From NCBI GenBank assembly GCA_947167215.1, contig CAMVHE010000005.1:1905-65904 (forward strand): a stretch of 64,000 nt of DNA. The letters run 5' to 3'. The position numbers and the translations under genes were made by a program. The notes below the pieces were generated by a model. It saw only the letters and a list, made by a program, of their open reading frames with translations, was not told the DNA's origin and did no database searches. This stretch comes from an uncultured Clostridia bacterium. GTDB lineage: Bacteria; Bacillota; Clostridia; Christensenellales; Aristaeellaceae. Positions 63,413 through 64,000 of this stretch are shown one piece after another (position 1 is the stretch's first letter; the number at the start of each line of letters is the position of its first letter).

Positions 63413-64000
63413 TCACATTCTCGTCAGTTCACGCTTCTCGAGTTTTTTGCGCTGCAGATCCATCAATACTGCCAGTACAAGGATAGCGCCAATCAGTACC
63501 AGCTGAAGGTTTGTATCCACGTTAAGAAGCCGCAGGCAATCCCACAGTGTATGGAACAGCAGTACGCCCAGCGCCACTCCGAACATGGAGCCCGCGCCTC
63601 CCGTCATGCTGATGCCGCCTACTGCGCAGCAGATAATCGCTCTGAATTCTCTTCCACCGCCAAAGTTCGAGTTGGCAGTTGCGTTTTTAAGCACGTCAAA
63701 CATGCCGCCCGTAGCTGCCAGAATACCTGCCAGAATGAAAACCATCATTTTTATCTTGCGTACATCAATTCCTGCCATTTCAGCAGAATCCTTGTTTCCG
63801 CCTACTGCACGCAGCTGATATCCAAACTTTGTCCTGCGGATCACAAAGTCCAGTATTAGGATCAATGCGATAAATATGAAGAACAGCCAGGAGAGTCTCA
63901 ATGGTTTCGCTCTTGTAAAAGCGGAGGTCCCCAGTGCTTTGATGGACAGCGGAACGCCCTGGCAGATGGTTACGGCAAGGCCCTGGCACAGATACTGTGT
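63413..64000 (-). CDS. second CUT2 ABC sugar permease, C-terminal part only (reading frame open to window end)
   Basis: The frame continues upstream of the TTG chosen by the ORF track: …TQYLCQGLAVTICQGVPLSIKALGTSAFTRAKPLRLSWLFFIF…GGNKDSAEMAGIDVRKIKM… No stop occurs up to 64000. Confidence 0.75.
   Translation of the reverse strand, partial: TQYLCQGLAVTICQGVPLSIKALGTSAFTRAKPLRLSWLFFIFIALILILDFVIRRTKFGYQLRAVGGNKDSAEMAGIDVRKIKMMVFILAGILAATGGMFDVLKNATANSNFGGGREFRAIICCAVGGISMTGGAGSMFGVALGVLLFHTLWDCLRLLNVDTNLQLVLIGAILVLAVLMDLQRKKLEKRELTRM

Noticed and set aside
1-64000. CRISPR arrays, tRNA/rRNA genes, reverse transcriptase/DGR or retron elements, RiPP/NRPS/PKS clusters
   Set aside because: Reading the intergenic regions found no regularly spaced direct repeats, no cloverleaf-like or rRNA-like segments, and no such enzyme motifs in any ORF. 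A tRNAscan/Infernal run would be needed for certainty.

Overview
64-kb, gene-dense bacterial chromosome segment. It looks Firmicutes/Clostridia-like from gene content (T-box leader, glnA-ANTAR-gltBD layout, Tn4451-type remnants). It appears mostly GC-rich by eye, with one AT-richer insert; GC was not computed. Layout: (i) 1-8.9 kb, housekeeping genes: a partial rubredoxin-type gene overlapping a Fur/PerR-family regulator, the mglBAC ABC importer, a YhaM-like exoribonuclease, a small phosphoglycosyl transferase, a ROK fructokinase and a serine hydrolase. (ii) 9.0-22.3 kb, nitrogen-assimilation locus: minus-strand glnA - ANTAR regulator - gltB - gltD - pyrG with touching or overlapping stops and starts. 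Divergent from it are a T-box-controlled asnB and an Amt::PII fusion. Strong leader terminators sit in front of glnA and amt. (iii) 22.5-28.9 kb, envelope genes: HtrA, an L,D-transpeptidase, an MBOAT with a DltD-like partner, and a VanY-type carboxypeptidase. (iv) 28.9-36.5 kb, decayed mobile island: a serine-recombinase C-terminal fragment, a truncated AbiEi, an intact IS66-family element with a perfect 8-bp target duplication, an HTH - Hanks-kinase - lipoprotein cargo module, and a TnpV fragment. (v) 36.5-64 kb, two minus-strand catabolic clusters. The first is an Fbp/Afu-type ABC importer with two SIS isomerases, a P-loop kinase and a class II aldolase. The second has at least 19 genes joining ribose-type ABC permeases, SDR and MDR dehydrogenases, ribokinase, DeoC, a CoA-acylating aldehyde dehydrogenase, a SucCD-like ligase, an acetoin-dehydrogenase-type E1/E2/E3 complex, a LarA-type isomerase, ROK kinases and LplA. 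I saw no rRNA, tRNA or CRISPR array. The large catabolic cluster is my best candidate for an undescribed pathway, but its substrate cannot be assigned from sequence alone. All family calls come from reading motifs by eye; no database search was run.
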